This document shows positions 28,951 through 45,450 of a DNA stretch of 64,000 nucleotides, one piece after another. The DNA is from the human T2T-CHM13v2.0 reference genome, Homo sapiens: NCBI RefSeq assembly GCF_009914755.1, contig NC_060927.1; one strand, written 5' to 3'. A model generated the notes under the pieces. The model was not told where the DNA came from. It did not search any database and saw nothing but the letters and a program-made list of their open reading frames with translations. Position numbers and translations under genes: made by a program. Position 1 is the first letter of the stretch; the number at the start of each line of letters is the position of its first letter.

Positions 28951-31900
28951 TACATAAAATATCAATGTACCCAAGGTATATATTCTATAGTGTACAAAAA
29001 ATATCAAAGTACCCAAAGCATGTATTATATACTGTACATAAAATATGAAAGTACATCAAATATATATTTTATTCTGTACATAAAATATCAAAGTACACGC
29101 AATATATATTCTATACTGTATATAAAATATAAAAGTACCCAAACTATACATTACATCCTTTACATAAAAGATGAGATTACATCAAAAATATATTATATTA
29201 GGTACGTAAAATATGAAAGTACATCAAATATAGATTATATGCTGTACATAAAATACCAAAGTACCCCAAATATATATTTTATACTGTACATGAAATATCA
29301 AAGTTCTCAAACTATATATTATATACTGTACGTAAAATATCAAAGTACCCAAGGTATATATTCTATACTGTACCAAAAATATCAAAGTACCCAAAGCATG
29401 TATTATATGCTGTACATAAAATATGAAAGTACATCAAATATATATTTTATTCTGTACATAAAATATCAAAGTACACCAAATATATATTCTATACTGTACA
29501 TAAAATATCAAAATACCCAAACTATACAGTATATACTGTACATAAAATATGAAATTACATCAAATATATATTATATTAGGTACATAAAATATGAAAGTAC
29601 ATCAAATATAGATTATATACTGTACATAAAATATCAAAGTACCCAAATATATATGATATACTGTACATGAAATATCAAAGTTCACAAACTATATATTATA
29701 TACTGTACATAAAATATCAAAGTACCCAAGGTATATATTGTATACTGCACAAAAAATATCAAAGTACCCAAAGCATGTATTATATACTGCACATAAAATA
29801 TGAAAGTACATCAAATATATATTTGATTCTGTACATAAAATAACAAAGTACACCAGATATATATTTTATAGTGTACATAAAATATCAAAGTACCCAAACT
29901 ATACATTACATGCTGTACATAAAATATGAAATTATATCAAATATATATTATATTAGGAACATAAAATATGAAAGTACAACAAATATAGATTATTAACTGT
30001 ACAAAAAATATCAAAGAACCCCAAATATATATTATATACTGTACATGAGATATCAAACTTCACAAACTATATATTATATAGTGTACATAAAATATCAAAG
30101 TACCCAAGGTATATATTCTATACTGTACAAAAAATATCAAAGTACCCAAAGCATGTATTATATACTGTACATAAAAGATGAAAGTACATCAAATATATAT
30201 TTTATTCTGTACATAAAATATCAAAGTACACCAGATATATATTTTATAGTGTACATAAAATATCAAAGTACCCAAACTATACATTATATACTGTACATAA
30301 AATATGAAATTACATCAAATATATATTATATTAGGTACATAAAATATGAAAGTACATCAAATATAGATTATATACTGTACATAAAATTTAAAAGTACCCC
30401 AAATATATATTATATACTGTACATGAAATATCAAAACACACAAACTATATATTATATACTGTAGAAAAAATATCAAAGTACCCAAAGCAAGTATTATATA
30501 CTGTACATAAAAGATGAAAGTACATCAAATATATATTTTATTCTGTACATAAAATATCAAAGTACACCGGATATATATTTTATAGTGTACATAAAATATC
30601 AAGGTACCCAAACTATACATTATATACTGTACATAAAATATGAAATTACATCAAATATATATTATATTAGGTACATAAAATATGAAAGTACATCAAATAT
30701 AGATTATTAAGTGTACATAAAATATCAAAGACCCCAAATATATATTATATACTGTACATGAAATATCAAAGTTCACAAACTATATATTATATACTGTACA
30801 TAAAATATCAAAGTACCCAAGGTATATATTCTATACTGTACAAAAAATATCAAAGTACCCAAAGCATGTATTATATACTGTACATAAAATATGAAAGTAC
30901 ATCAAATATATATTTGATTCTGTACATAAAATAACAAAGTACACCAGATATATATTTTATAGTGCACATAAAATATCAAAGTACCCAAACTGTACATTAC
31001 ATGCTGTACATAAAATATGAAATTACATCAAATATATATTATATTAGGAACATAAAATATGAAAGTACATCAAATATAGATTATTAACTGTACATAAAAT
31101 ATCAAAGAACCACAAATATATATTATATACTGTACATGAGATATCAAACTTCACAAACTATATATTATATACTGTACATAAAATATCAAAGTACCCAAGG
31201 TATATATTCTATACTGTACAAAAAATATCAATGTACCCAAAGCATGTATTATATACTGTACATAAAAGATGAAATACATCAAATATATATTTCATTCTGT
31301 ACATAAAATATCAAAGTACACCAGATATATATTTTATAGTGTACATAAAATATCAAAGTACCCAAACTATACATTATATACTATACATAAGTTATGAAAT
31401 TACATCAAATATATATTATATTAGGTACGTAAAATATGAAAGTACATCAAATATAGATTATATACTGTACATAAAATGTAAAAGTACCCCAAATATATAT
31501 TATATACTGTACATGAAATATCAAAACACACAAACTATATATTATATACTGTAGAAAAAATATCAAAGTATCCAAAGCAAGTATTATATACTGCACATAA
31601 AAGATGAAAGTACATCAAATATATATTTTATTCTGTACATAAAATATCAAAGTACACCAGATATATATTTTATAGTGTACATAAAATATCAAGGTACCCA
31701 AAGTATACATTATATACTGTACATAAAATATGAAATTACATCAAATATATATTATATTAGGTACGTAAAATATGAAAGTACATCAAATATAGATTATATA
31801 CTGTACATAAAATATAAAAGAACCCCAAATATATATTATATACTGTACATGAAATATCAAAATACAGAAACTATATATTATATACTGTACATAAAATATC

Positions 31901-34410
31901 AAAGTACCCAAGGTATATATTCTATACTGTACAAAAAATATCAAAGTACCCAAAACATGTATTATATACTGTACATAAAATATGAAAGTATATCAAATAC
32001 ATATTTTATTGAGTACATAAAATAACAAAGTACACCAGATATATATTTTATAGTGTACATAAAATATCAAAGTACCCAACTATACATTACATACTGTACA
32101 TAAAATATGAAATTACATCAAATATATATTATATTAGGAATATAAAATATGAAAGTACATCAAATATAGATTATATACTGTACATAAAAATCAAAGTACC
32201 CCAAATATATATTATATAGTGTACATGAAATATTAAAGTTTAGAAACTATATATTATATACTGTACATAAAAGATGAAATTACATAAAATATATATGTTA
32301 TTCTGTACATAAAGTATCAAAGTTCGCCAGATATATATTTTATAGTGTACATAAAATATCAAATAACGAAACTATACATTATATACTGTACATAAAATAT
32401 GAAATTACATCAAATATATATTATATTAGTTACCTAAAATATGAAAGTACATCAAATATACATTATTAACTGTACATAAAATACCAACGTAACTCAAATA
32501 TATATTTTATACTGTACATGGAATATCAAAGTTCACAAACTATATATTATATACTGTACGTAAAATATCAAAGAACTCAAGGTATATATTCTATACTGTA
32601 CAAATAATATCAAAGTACCCAAAGCATGTATTATATACTGTACATAAAATATGAAAGTACATCAAATATATATTTTATTCTGTACATAAGATATCAAAGT
32701 AAACCAAATATATATTCTATACTGTACATAAAATATCAAAGTACCCAAACTATACATTATATACTGTACATAAAATATGAAATTACATCCAATATATATT
32801 ATATTAGTTACATAAAATATGAAAGTACATCAAATATAGATTATATACTGTACATAAAATACAAACGTACCCCAAATATATATTTTATACTGTACATGAA
32901 ATATCAAAGTTCACAGACTATATATTATATACTGTACATAATATAACAAAGAACTCAAGGTATATATTCTATACTGTACAAAAAATATATAAGCACCCAA
33001 AGCATGTATTATATACTGTACATAAAACATGAAAGTACATCAAATATATATTTTATTCTGTACATAAGATATCAAAATAAACAAAATATATATTCTCTAC
33101 TGTACATAAAATATCAAAGTACCCAAACTATATATTATGTACTGTACATAAAATATGAAATTACATAAATATATGTTATACTAGGTACATAAAATATGAA
33201 AGTACATCAAATATAGATTATATACTGTACATAAAATACCAAAGTACCCCAAATATATATTTTATACTGTACATGAAATATCAAAGTTCACAAACTAAAT
33301 AGTATATACTGTACATAAAATAACAAAGTACCCAAGGTATATATTCTATACTGTACAAAAAATATCAAAGTACCCAAAGCATGTATTATATACTGTACAT
33401 AAAACATGAAAGTACATCAAATATATATTTTATTCTGTACAAAAGATATCAAAGTAAACCAAATATATATTCTATACTGTACATAAAATATCAAAGTACC
33501 CAAACTATACATTATATACTGTACATAAAATATGAAATTACATAATAATATATTATATTAGGTACATAAAATATGAAAGTACATCAAATATAGATTATAT
33601 ACTGTACATAAAATATCAAAGTACCCCAAATATATATTATATACTCTACATGAAATATCAAAGTTCACAAAATATATAGTATATACTGTACATAAAATAT
33701 CAAAGTACCCAAGGTATATATTCTATACGGTACAAAAAATATCAAAGTACCCAAAGCATGTATTATATACTGTACATAAAATATGAAAGTACATCAAATA
33801 TAGATTATATACTGTATATAAAATACCAAAGTACCCCAAATATATATTTTATACTGTACATGAAATATCAAAGTTCACAAACTATATAGTATATACTGTA
33901 CATAAAATATGAATATACCCAAGTTATATATTCTATACTGTACAAAAAATATCAAAGTACCCATAGCATGTATTATATACTGTACATAAAATATGAAAGT
34001 ACATCAAATATATATTTTATTCTGTACATAAAATATAAAAGTAAAACAAATATATATTCCATACTGTACATAAAATATCAAAGTACCCATACTATACATT
34101 ATATACTGTACATAAAATATGAAATTATATCAAATATATATTATATTAGGTACATAAAATATGAAAGTACATGAAATATAGATTATATACTGTACATAGA
34201 ATACCAAAGTACCCCAAATATATATTTTATACTGTACATGAAATATCAAATTTCACAAAGTATATATTATATACTCTACATAAAATATCAAAGTACCCAA
34301 GTCATATATTCTATGCTGTACAAAAAATATCAAGGTACCCAAGTCATGTATTAAATACTGTACATGAAATATGAAAGTACGTCAAATATATATTTTATTC
34401 TGTACATAAA
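27013..34410 (+). repeat. Second copy of the block at 1-9740 (intra-array segmental duplication)
   Basis: Collinear private variants at offsets 27012 (160/27172), 25754 (2018/27772, 2984/28738), 25757 (4288/30045) and 24665-24668 (7010/31675, 7959/32626, 9696/34364). Confidence 0.93.
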
Positions 34411-35479
34411 ATTTCAAAGTACACCAGATATATATTTTATAGTGTACATAAAATATCAAAGTACCCAAACTATACATTATATACTGTACATAAAATATGA
34501 AATTACATCAAATATATATTATATTAAGTACATAAAATACGAAAGTACATCAAATATAGAATATATACTGTACATAAAATATCAAAGTACCCCAAATATA
34601 TATTATATACTGTACATGAAATATCAAAGTTCGCAAACTATATATTATATACTGTACATAAAATATCAAAGTACCCAAGGTATATATTCTATACTGTACA
34701 AAAAATATCAAAGTATCCAAAGCATGTATTATACACTGTACATAAAATATGAAAGTACATCAAATATATATATTATTCTGTACATAAAATATCAAAGTAC
34801 ACCAGATATATATTTTATAGTGTACATAAAATACCAAAGTACCCAAACTATACATTATATACTGTACATAAAATATGAAAGTACATCAAATATATATTAT
34901 ATTAGTTACCTAAAATATGAAAGTACATCAAATATAGATTATATGCTGTACACAAAATATCAAAGTACCCCAAATATATATTATATACTGTATATGAAAT
35001 ATCAAAGTTCACAAACTATATATTATATACTGTACATAAAATATCAAAGTACCCAAGGTATATATTCTATACTGTACAAAAAATATCAAAGTACCCAAAG
35101 CATGTATTATATACTGTACATAAAATATGAAAGTACATCAAATATATATTTTATTCTGTACATAAAATATCAAAGTTCACCAGATATATATTTTATAGTG
35201 TACATAAAATATCAAAATACCGAAACTATACATTATATACTGTACATAAAATATGAAATTACATCAAATATATATTATATTAAGTACCTAAAATATGAAA
35301 GTACATCAAATATAGATTATTAACTGTACATAAAATATCAAAGAACCCCAAATATATATTATATTCTGTACATAAAATATCAAAGTTCACAAACTATATA
35401 TTATATACTGTACATAAAATATCAAAGTACCCAAGGTATATATTCTATACTGTACAAAAAATATCAAAGTACCCAAAGC

Positions 35480-38400
35480 ATGTATTATATACTGTACATA
35501 AAATATGAAAGTACATCAAATATATATTATATTAGGTACGTAAAATATGAAAGTACATCAAATATAGATTATATACCATACATAAAATATAAAGGAACCC
35601 CAAATATATATGATATACTGTACATGAAATATCAAAATACACAAACTGTATATTATATACTGTACATAAAATATCAAAGTACCCAAGGTATATATTCTAT
35701 ACTGTACAAAAAATATCAAAGTACCCAAAGCATGTATTATATACCGTACATAAAATATGAAAGTACATCAAATATATATTTTATTCTGTACATAAAATAA
35801 CAAAGTACACCAGATATATATTTTATAGTGTACATAAAATATCAAAGTACCCAAACTATACATTACATACTGTACATAAAATATGAAATTACATCAAATA
35901 TATATTATATTAGATACGTAAAATATGAAAGTACATCAAATATAGATTATATACCATACATAAAATATAAAGGAACCCCAAATATATATGCTATACTATA
36001 CATGAAATATCAAAGTTCACAAACTATATATTATATACTATAGATAAAATATCAAAGTACCCAAGGTATATATTCTATACTGTAAGAAAAATATCAAAGT
36101 ACCCAAAGCATGTATTATATACTGTACATAAAATATGAAAGTACATCAAATATATATTTTATTCTGTACATAAAATAACAAAGTACACCAGATATATATT
36201 TTATAGTGTACATAAAATATGAAATTACCCAAACTATACATTACATACTGTACATAAAATATGGAATTACATCAAATATATATTATATTAGGTACGTGAA
36301 ATATGAAAGTACATCTAATATAGATTATATACCATACATAAAATATAAAGGAACCCCAAATATATATGATATACTGTACATGAAATATCAAAATACACAA
36401 ACTATATATTATATACTGTAGATAAAATATCAAAGTACCCAAGGTATATATTCTATACTGTAAAAAAAATATCAAAGTACCCAAAGCATGTATTATATAC
36501 TGTACATAAAATATGAAAGCACATCAAATATATATTATATTAGGTACATAAAATATGAAAGTACATAAAATATAGATGATATACTGTACATAAAATATCA
36601 AAGTAGCCCAAATATATATTATACAGTGTATATGAAATATCAAAATTTACAAAATATATATTATATAATGTACATAAAATATCAAAGTACCCAAAACAAG
36701 TATTATATACTGTACATAAAAGAAGAAAGTACATCAAATATATATTTTATTCTGTACATAAAATATCAAAGTACAACAGATATATATTTTATAGTGTACA
36801 TAAAATATCAAGGTACCCAAACTATACATTATGTACTGTACATAAAATATGAAATTACATCAAATATATATTATATTAGGTACGTAAAATATGAAAGTAT
36901 ATCAAAGATAGATTATATACTGTACATAATATATAAAAGAACCCCAAATATATATTATATACTGTACATGAAATATCAAAGTACACAAACTATATATTAT
37001 ATACTGTACATAAAATATCAAAGTACCCAAGGTATATATTCTATACTGTACAAAAATATCAAAGTACCCAAAGCATGTATTATATACTGTACATAAAATA
37101 TGAAAGTACATCAAATATATATTTTATTCTGTACATAAAATAACAAAGTACACCAGATATATATTTTATAGTGTACATAAAATATGAAATTACCCAAACT
37201 ATACATTACATACTGTACATAAAATATGGAATTACATCAAATATATATTATATTAGGTATGTAAAATATGAAAGTACATCAAATATAGATTATATACCAT
37301 ACATAAAATATAAAGGAACCCCAAATATATATGATATACTGTACATGAAATATCAAAGTTCACAAACTATATATTATATACTGTAGATAAAATATCAAAG
37401 TACCCAAGGTATATATTCTATACTGTAAAAAAAATATCAAAGTACCCAAAGCATGTATTATATACTGTACATAAAATATGAAAGCACATCAAATATATAT
37501 TATATTAGGTACATAAAATATGAAAGTACATAAAATATAGATGATATACTGTACATAAAATATCAAAGTAGCCCAAATATATATTATACAGTGTACATGA
37601 AATATCAAAATTTACAAAATATATATTATATAATGTACATAAAATATCAAAGTACCCAAAGCAAGTATTATATACTGTACATAAAAGATGAAAGTACATC
37701 AAATATATATTTTATTCTGTACATAAAATATCAAAGTACACCAGATATATATTTTATAGTGTACATAAAATATCAAGGAACCCAAACTATACATTATATA
37801 CTGTACATAAAATATGGAATTACATCAAATATATATTATATTAGGTACGTAAAATATGAAAGTACATCAAATATAGATTATATACCATACATAAAATATA
37901 AAGGAACCCCAAATATATATGATATACTGTACATGAAATATCAAAGTTCACAAACTATATATTATATACTGTAGATAAAATATCAAAGTACCCAAGGTAT
38001 ATATTCTATACTGTACAAAAAATATCAAAGTACCCAAAGCATGTATTATATACTGTACATAAAATATGAAAGTACATCAAATATATATTTTATTCTGTAC
38101 ATAAAATAACAAAGTACACCAGATATATATTTTATAGTGTACATAAAATATCAAAGCACCCAAACTATACATTACATACTGTACATAAAATATGGAATTA
38201 TATCAAATATATATTATATTAGGTACGTAAAATATGAAAGCACACCAAATATAGATTATATACCATACATAAAATATAAAGGAACCCCAAATATATATGA
38301 TATACTGTACATGAAATATCAAAGTTCACAAACTATATATTATATACTGTAGATAAAATATAAAAGTACCCAAGGTATATATTCTATACTGTAAAAAAAA

Positions 38401-41400
38401 TATCAAAGTACCCAAAGCATGTATTATATACTGTACATAAAATATGAAAACACATCAAATATATATTATATTAGGTACATAAAATATGAAAGTACAGAAA
38501 ATATAGATGATATACTGTACATAAAATATCAAAGTAGCCCAAATATATATTATACAGTGTACATGAAATATCAAAATTTACAAAATATATATTATATAAT
38601 GTACATAAAATATCAAAGTACCCAAAGCAAGTATTATATACTGTACATAAAAGATGAAAGTACATCAAATATATATTTTATTCTGTACATAAAATATCAA
38701 AGTACACCAGATATATATTTTATAGTGTACATAAAATATCAAGGAACCCAAACTATACATTATATACTGTACATAAAATATGGAATTACATCAAATATAT
38801 ATTATATTAGGTACGTAAAATATGAAAGTACATCAAATATAGATTATATACCATACATAAAATATAAAGGAACCCCAAATATATATGATATACTGTACAT
38901 GAAATATCAAAGTTCACAAACTATATATTATATACCGTAGATAAAATATCAAAGTACCCAAGGTATATATTCTATACTGTACAAAAAATATCAAAGTACC
39001 CAAAGCATGTATTATATACTGTACATAAAATATGAAAGTACATCAAATATATATTTTATTCTGTACATAAAATAACAAAGTACACCAGATATATATTTTA
39101 TAGTGTACATAAAATATCAAAGCACCCAAACTATACATTACATACTGTACATAAAATATGGAATTATATCAAATATATATTATATTACGTACGTAAAATA
39201 TGAAAGCACATCAAATATAGATTATATACCATACATAAAATATAAAGGAACCCCAAATATATATGATATACTGTACATGAAATATCAAAGTTCACAAACT
39301 ATATATTATATACTGTAGATAAAATATCAAAGTACTCAAGGTATATATTCTATACTGTAAAAAAAATATGAAAGTACCCAAAGCATGTATTATATACTGT
39401 ACATAAAATATGAAAGTACATCAAATATATATTTTATTCTGTACATAAAATAACAAAGTACACCAGATATATATTTTATAGTGTACATAAAATATCAAAG
39501 TACCCAAACTATACATTACATACTGTACATAAAATATGGAATTACATCAAATATATATTATATTAGGTACGTAAAATATGAAAGTACATCAAATATAGAT
39601 TATATACCATACATAAAATATAAAGTAACCCCAAATATATATGATATACTGTACATGAAATATCAAAGTTCACAAACTATATATTATATACTGTAGATAA
39701 AATATCAAAGTTCCCAAGGTATATATACTATATTGTAAAAAAAATATCAAAGTACCCAAAGCATGTATTATATACTGTACATAAAATATGAAAGCACACC
39801 AAATATATATTATAGTAGGTACATAAAATATGAAAGTACATAAAATATAGATGATATACTGTACATAAAATATCAAAGTAGCCCAAATATACATTTTACA
39901 GTGTACATGAAATATCAAAATTTACAAAATATATATTATATAATGTACATAAAATATCAAAGTACCCAAAGCAAGTATTATATACTGTACATAAAAGATG
40001 AAAGTACATCAAATATATATTTTATTCTGTATATAAAATATCAAAGTACACCAGATATATATTTTATAGTGTACATAAAATATCAAGGTACCCAAACTAT
40101 ACATTATATACTGTACATAAAATATGAAATTACATCAAATATATATTATATTAGGTACGTAAAATATGAAAGCACATCAAATATAGATTATATACTGTAC
40201 ATAATATATAAAAGAACCCCAACTATATATAATATACTGTACATGAAATATCAAAGTTCACAAACTATATATTATATTCTGTAGATAAAATATCAAAGTA
40301 CCCAAGGTATATATTCTATACTGTAAAAAAAATATCAAAGTACCCAAAGCAAGTATTATATACTGTACATAAAATATGAAAGTACATCAAATATATATTT
40401 TATTCTGTACATAAAATAACAAAGTACACCAGATATATATTTTATAGTGTACATATAATATGAAATTACCCAAACTATACATTAGATACTGTACATAAAA
40501 TATGGAATTACGTCAAATATATATTATATTAGGTACGTAAAATATGAAAGTACATCAAATATAGATTATATACCATACATAAAATATAAAGGAACCCCAA
40601 ATATATATGATATACTGTACATGAAATATCAAAGTTCACAAACTATATATTATATACTGTAGATAAAATATCAAAGTACCCAAGGTATATATTCTATACT
40701 GTAAAAAAAATATCAAAGTACCCAAAGCATGTATTATATACTGTACATAAAATATGAAATTACATCAAATATATATTTTATTCTGTACATAAAATAACAA
40801 AGTACACCAGATATATATTTTATAGTGTACATAAAATATGAAATTACCCAAACTATACATTACATACTGTACATAAAATATGGAATTACATCAAATATAT
40901 ATTATATTAGGTACATAAAATATGAAAGTACATCAAATATAGATTATATACCATACATAAAATATAAAGTAACCCCAAATATATATGATATACTGTACAT
41001 GAAATATCAAAGTTCACAAACTATATATTATATACTGTAGATAAAATATCAAAGTACTCAAGGTATATATTCTATACTGTAAAAAAAATATCAAAGTACC
41101 CAAAGCATGTATTATATACTGTACATAAAATATGAAAGCAAATCAAATATATATTATATTAGGTACATAAAATATGAAAGTACATAAAATATAGATGATA
41201 TACTGTACATAAAATATCAAAGTAGCCCAAATATATATTATACAGTGTACATGAAATATCAAAATTTACAAAATATATATTATATAATGTACATAAAATA
41301 TCAAAGTACCCAAAGCAAGTATTATATACTGTACATAAAAATGAAAGTACATCAAATATATATTTCATTCTGTACATAAAACATCAAAGTACACCAGATA

Positions 41401-44400
41401 TATATTTTATAGTGTACATAAAATATCAAGGTACCCAAACTATACATTATATACTGTACATAAAATATGGAATTACATCAAATATATATCATATTAGGTA
41501 CGTAAAATATGTAAGTACATCAAATATAGATTATATACCTTACATAAAATATAAAGGAACCCCAAATATATATGATATACTGTACATGAAATATCAAAGT
41601 TCACAAACTATATATTATATACTGTAGATAAAATATCAAAGTACCCAAGGTATATATTCTATACTGTAAAAAAAATATCAAATTACCCAAAGCATGTATT
41701 ATATACTGTACATAAAATATGAAAGCACATCAAATATATATTATATTAGGTACATAAAATATGAAAGTACATAAAATATAGATGATATACTGTACATAAA
41801 ATATCAAAGTAGCCCAAATATATATTATACAGTGTACATGAAATATCAAAATTTACAAAATATATATTATATAATGTACATAAAATATCAAAGTACCCAA
41901 AGCAAGTATCATATACTGTACATAAAAGATGAAAGTACATCAAATATATATTTTATTCTGTACATAAAATATCAAAGTACACCAGATATATATTTTATAG
42001 TGTACATAAAATATCAAGGTACCCAAACTATAAATTATATACTGTACATAAAATATGAAATTACATCAAATATATATTATATTAGGTACGTAAAATATGA
42101 AAGTTCATCAAATATAGATTATATACTGTACATAATATATAAAAGAACCCCAAATATATATTATATACTGTACATGAAATATCAAAATACACAAACTATA
42201 TATTATATACTGTACATAAAATATCAAAGTACCCAAGGTATATATTCTATACTGTACAAAAAATATCAAAGTACCCAAAGCATGTATTATACACTGTACA
42301 TAAAATATGAAAGTACTTCAAATATATATTATATTAGGTACGTAAAATATGAAAGTACATCAAATATAGATTATGTACCATACATAAAATATAAAGGAAC
42401 CCCAAATATATATGATATACTGTACATGAAATATCAAAGTTCACAAACTATATATTATATACTGTAGATAAAATATCAAAGTTCCCAAGGTATATATACT
42501 ATATTGTAAAAAAAATATCAAAGTACCCAAAGCATGTATTATATACTGTACATAAAATATGAAAGCACACCAAATATATATTATAGTAGGTACATAAAAT
42601 ATGAAAGTACATAAAATATAGATGATATACTGTACATAAAATATCAAAGTAGCCCAAATATACATTTTACAGTGTACATGAAATATCAAAATTTACAAAA
42701 TATATATTATATAATGTACATAAAATATCAAAGTACCCAAAGCAAGTATTATATACTGTACATAAAAGATGAAAGTACATCAAATATATATTTTATTCTG
42801 TATATAAAATATCAAAGTACACCAGATATATATTTTATAGTGTACATAAAATATCAAGGTACCCAAACTATACATTATATACTGTACATAAAATATGAAA
42901 TTACATCAAATATATATTATATTAGGTACGTAAAATATGAAAGTACATCAAATATAGATTATATACTGTACATAATATATAAAAGAACCCCAACTATATA
43001 TAATATACTGTACATGAAATATCAAAGTTCACAAACTATATATTATATTCTGTAGATAAAATATCAAAGTACCCAAGGTATATATTCTATACTGTAAAAA
43101 AATATCAAAGTACCCAAAGCAAGTATTATATACTGTACATAAAATATGAAAGTACATCAAATATATATTTTATTCTGTACATAAAATAACAAAGTACACC
43201 AGATATATATTTTATAGTGTACATATAATATGAAATTACCCAAACTATACATTAGATACTGTACATAAAATATGGAATTACGTCAAATATATATTACATT
43301 AGGTACGTAAAATATGAAAGTACATCAAATATAGATTATATACCATACATAAAATATAAAGGAACCCCAAATATATATGATATACTGTACATGAAATATC
43401 AAAGTTCACAAACTATATATTATATACTGTAGATAAAATATCAAAGTACCCAAGGTATATATTCTATACTGTAAAAAAAATATCAAAGTACCCAAAGCAT
43501 GTATTATATACTGTACATAAAATATGAAATTACATCAAATATATATTTTATTCTGTACATAAAATAACAAAGTACACCAGATATATATTTTATAGTGTAC
43601 ATAAAATATGAAATTACCCAAACTATACATTACATACTGTACATAAAATATGGAATTACATCAAACATATATTATATTAGGTACATAAAATATGAAAGTA
43701 CATCAAATATAGATTATATACCATACATAAAATATAAAGTAACCCCAAATATATATGATATACTGTACATGAAATATCAAAGTTCACAAACTATATATTA
43801 TATACTGTAGATAAAATATCAAAGTACTCAAGGTATATATTCTATACTGTAAAAAAAATATCAAAGTACCCAAAGCATGTATTATATACTGTACATAAAA
43901 TATGAAAGCAAATCAAATATATATTATATTAGGTACATAAAATATGAAAGTACATAAAATATAGATGTTATACTGTACATAAAATATCAAAGTAGCCCAA
44001 ATATATATTATACAGTGTACATGAAATATCAAAATTTACAAAATATATATTATATAATGTACATAAAATATCAAAGTACCCAAAGCAAGTATTATATACT
44101 GTACATAAAAATGAAAGTACATCAAATATATATTTCATTCTGTACATAAAACATCAAAGTACACCAGATATATATTTTATAGTGTACATAAAATATCAAA
44201 GTACCCAAACTATACATTACATACTGTACATAAAATATGGAATTACATCAAATATATATTATATTAGGTACGTAAAATATGAAAGTACATCAAATATAGA
44301 TTATATACCACACATAAAATATAAAGGAACCCCAAATATATATGATATACTGTACATGAAATATCAAAGTTCACAAACTATATATTATATACTGTAGATA

Positions 44401-45450
44401 AAATATCAAAGTACCCTAGGTATATATTCTATACTGTAAAAAAAAATCAAAGTACCCAAAGCATGTATTATATACTGTACATAAAATATGAAAGTACATC
44501 AAATATATATTTTATTCTGTACATAAAATAACAAAGTACACCAGATATATATTTTATAGTGTACATAAAATATGAAATTACCCAAACTATACATTAAATA
44601 CTGTACATAAAATATGGAATTACATCAAATATATATTATATTAGGTACGTAAAATATGAAAGTACATCAAATATAGATTAGATACCATACATAAAATATA
44701 AAGGAACCCCAAATATATATGATATACTGTACATGAAATATCAAAGTTCACAAACTATATATTATATACTGCAGATAAAATATCAAAGTACCCAAGGTAT
44801 ATATTCTATACTGTAAAAAAAATATCAAAGTACCCAAAGCATGTATTATATACTGTACATAAAATATGAAAGCACATCAAATATATATTTTATTCTGTAC
44901 ATAAAATATCAAAGTACACCAGATATATATTTTATAGTGTACATAAAATATCAAGGTACCCAAACTATACATTATATACTGTAGATAAAATATGGAATTA
45001 CATCAAATATATATTATATTAGGTACGTAAAATATGTAAGTACATCAAATATAGATTATATACCATACATAAAATATAAAGGAACCCCAAATATATATGA
45101 TATACTGTACATGAAATATCAAAGTTCACAAACTATATATTACATACTGTAGATAAAATATCAAAGTACCCAAGGTATATATTCTATACTGTAAAAAAAA
45201 TATCAAAGTACCCAAAGCATGTATTATATACTGTACATAAAATATGAAAGCACATCAAATATATATTATATTAGGTACATAAAATATGAAAGTACATAAA
45301 ATATAGATGATATACTGTACATAAAATATCAAAGTAGCCCAAATATATATTATACAGTGTACATGAAATATCAAAATTTACAAAATATATATTATATAAT
45401 GTACATAAAATATCAAAGTAACCAAAGCAAGTATTATATACTGTACATAA
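35480..45450 (+). repeat. HOR type-A domain 3 (9-mer/14-mer mixture with a 966-bp super-period and an internal 1.8 kb duplication)
   Basis: Type-A markers throughout. ORF starts at 36206, 37171, 38137 and 39103 are spaced 965/966/966. Identical ORFs at 39901/42672 and 40825/43595. Confidence 0.88.
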
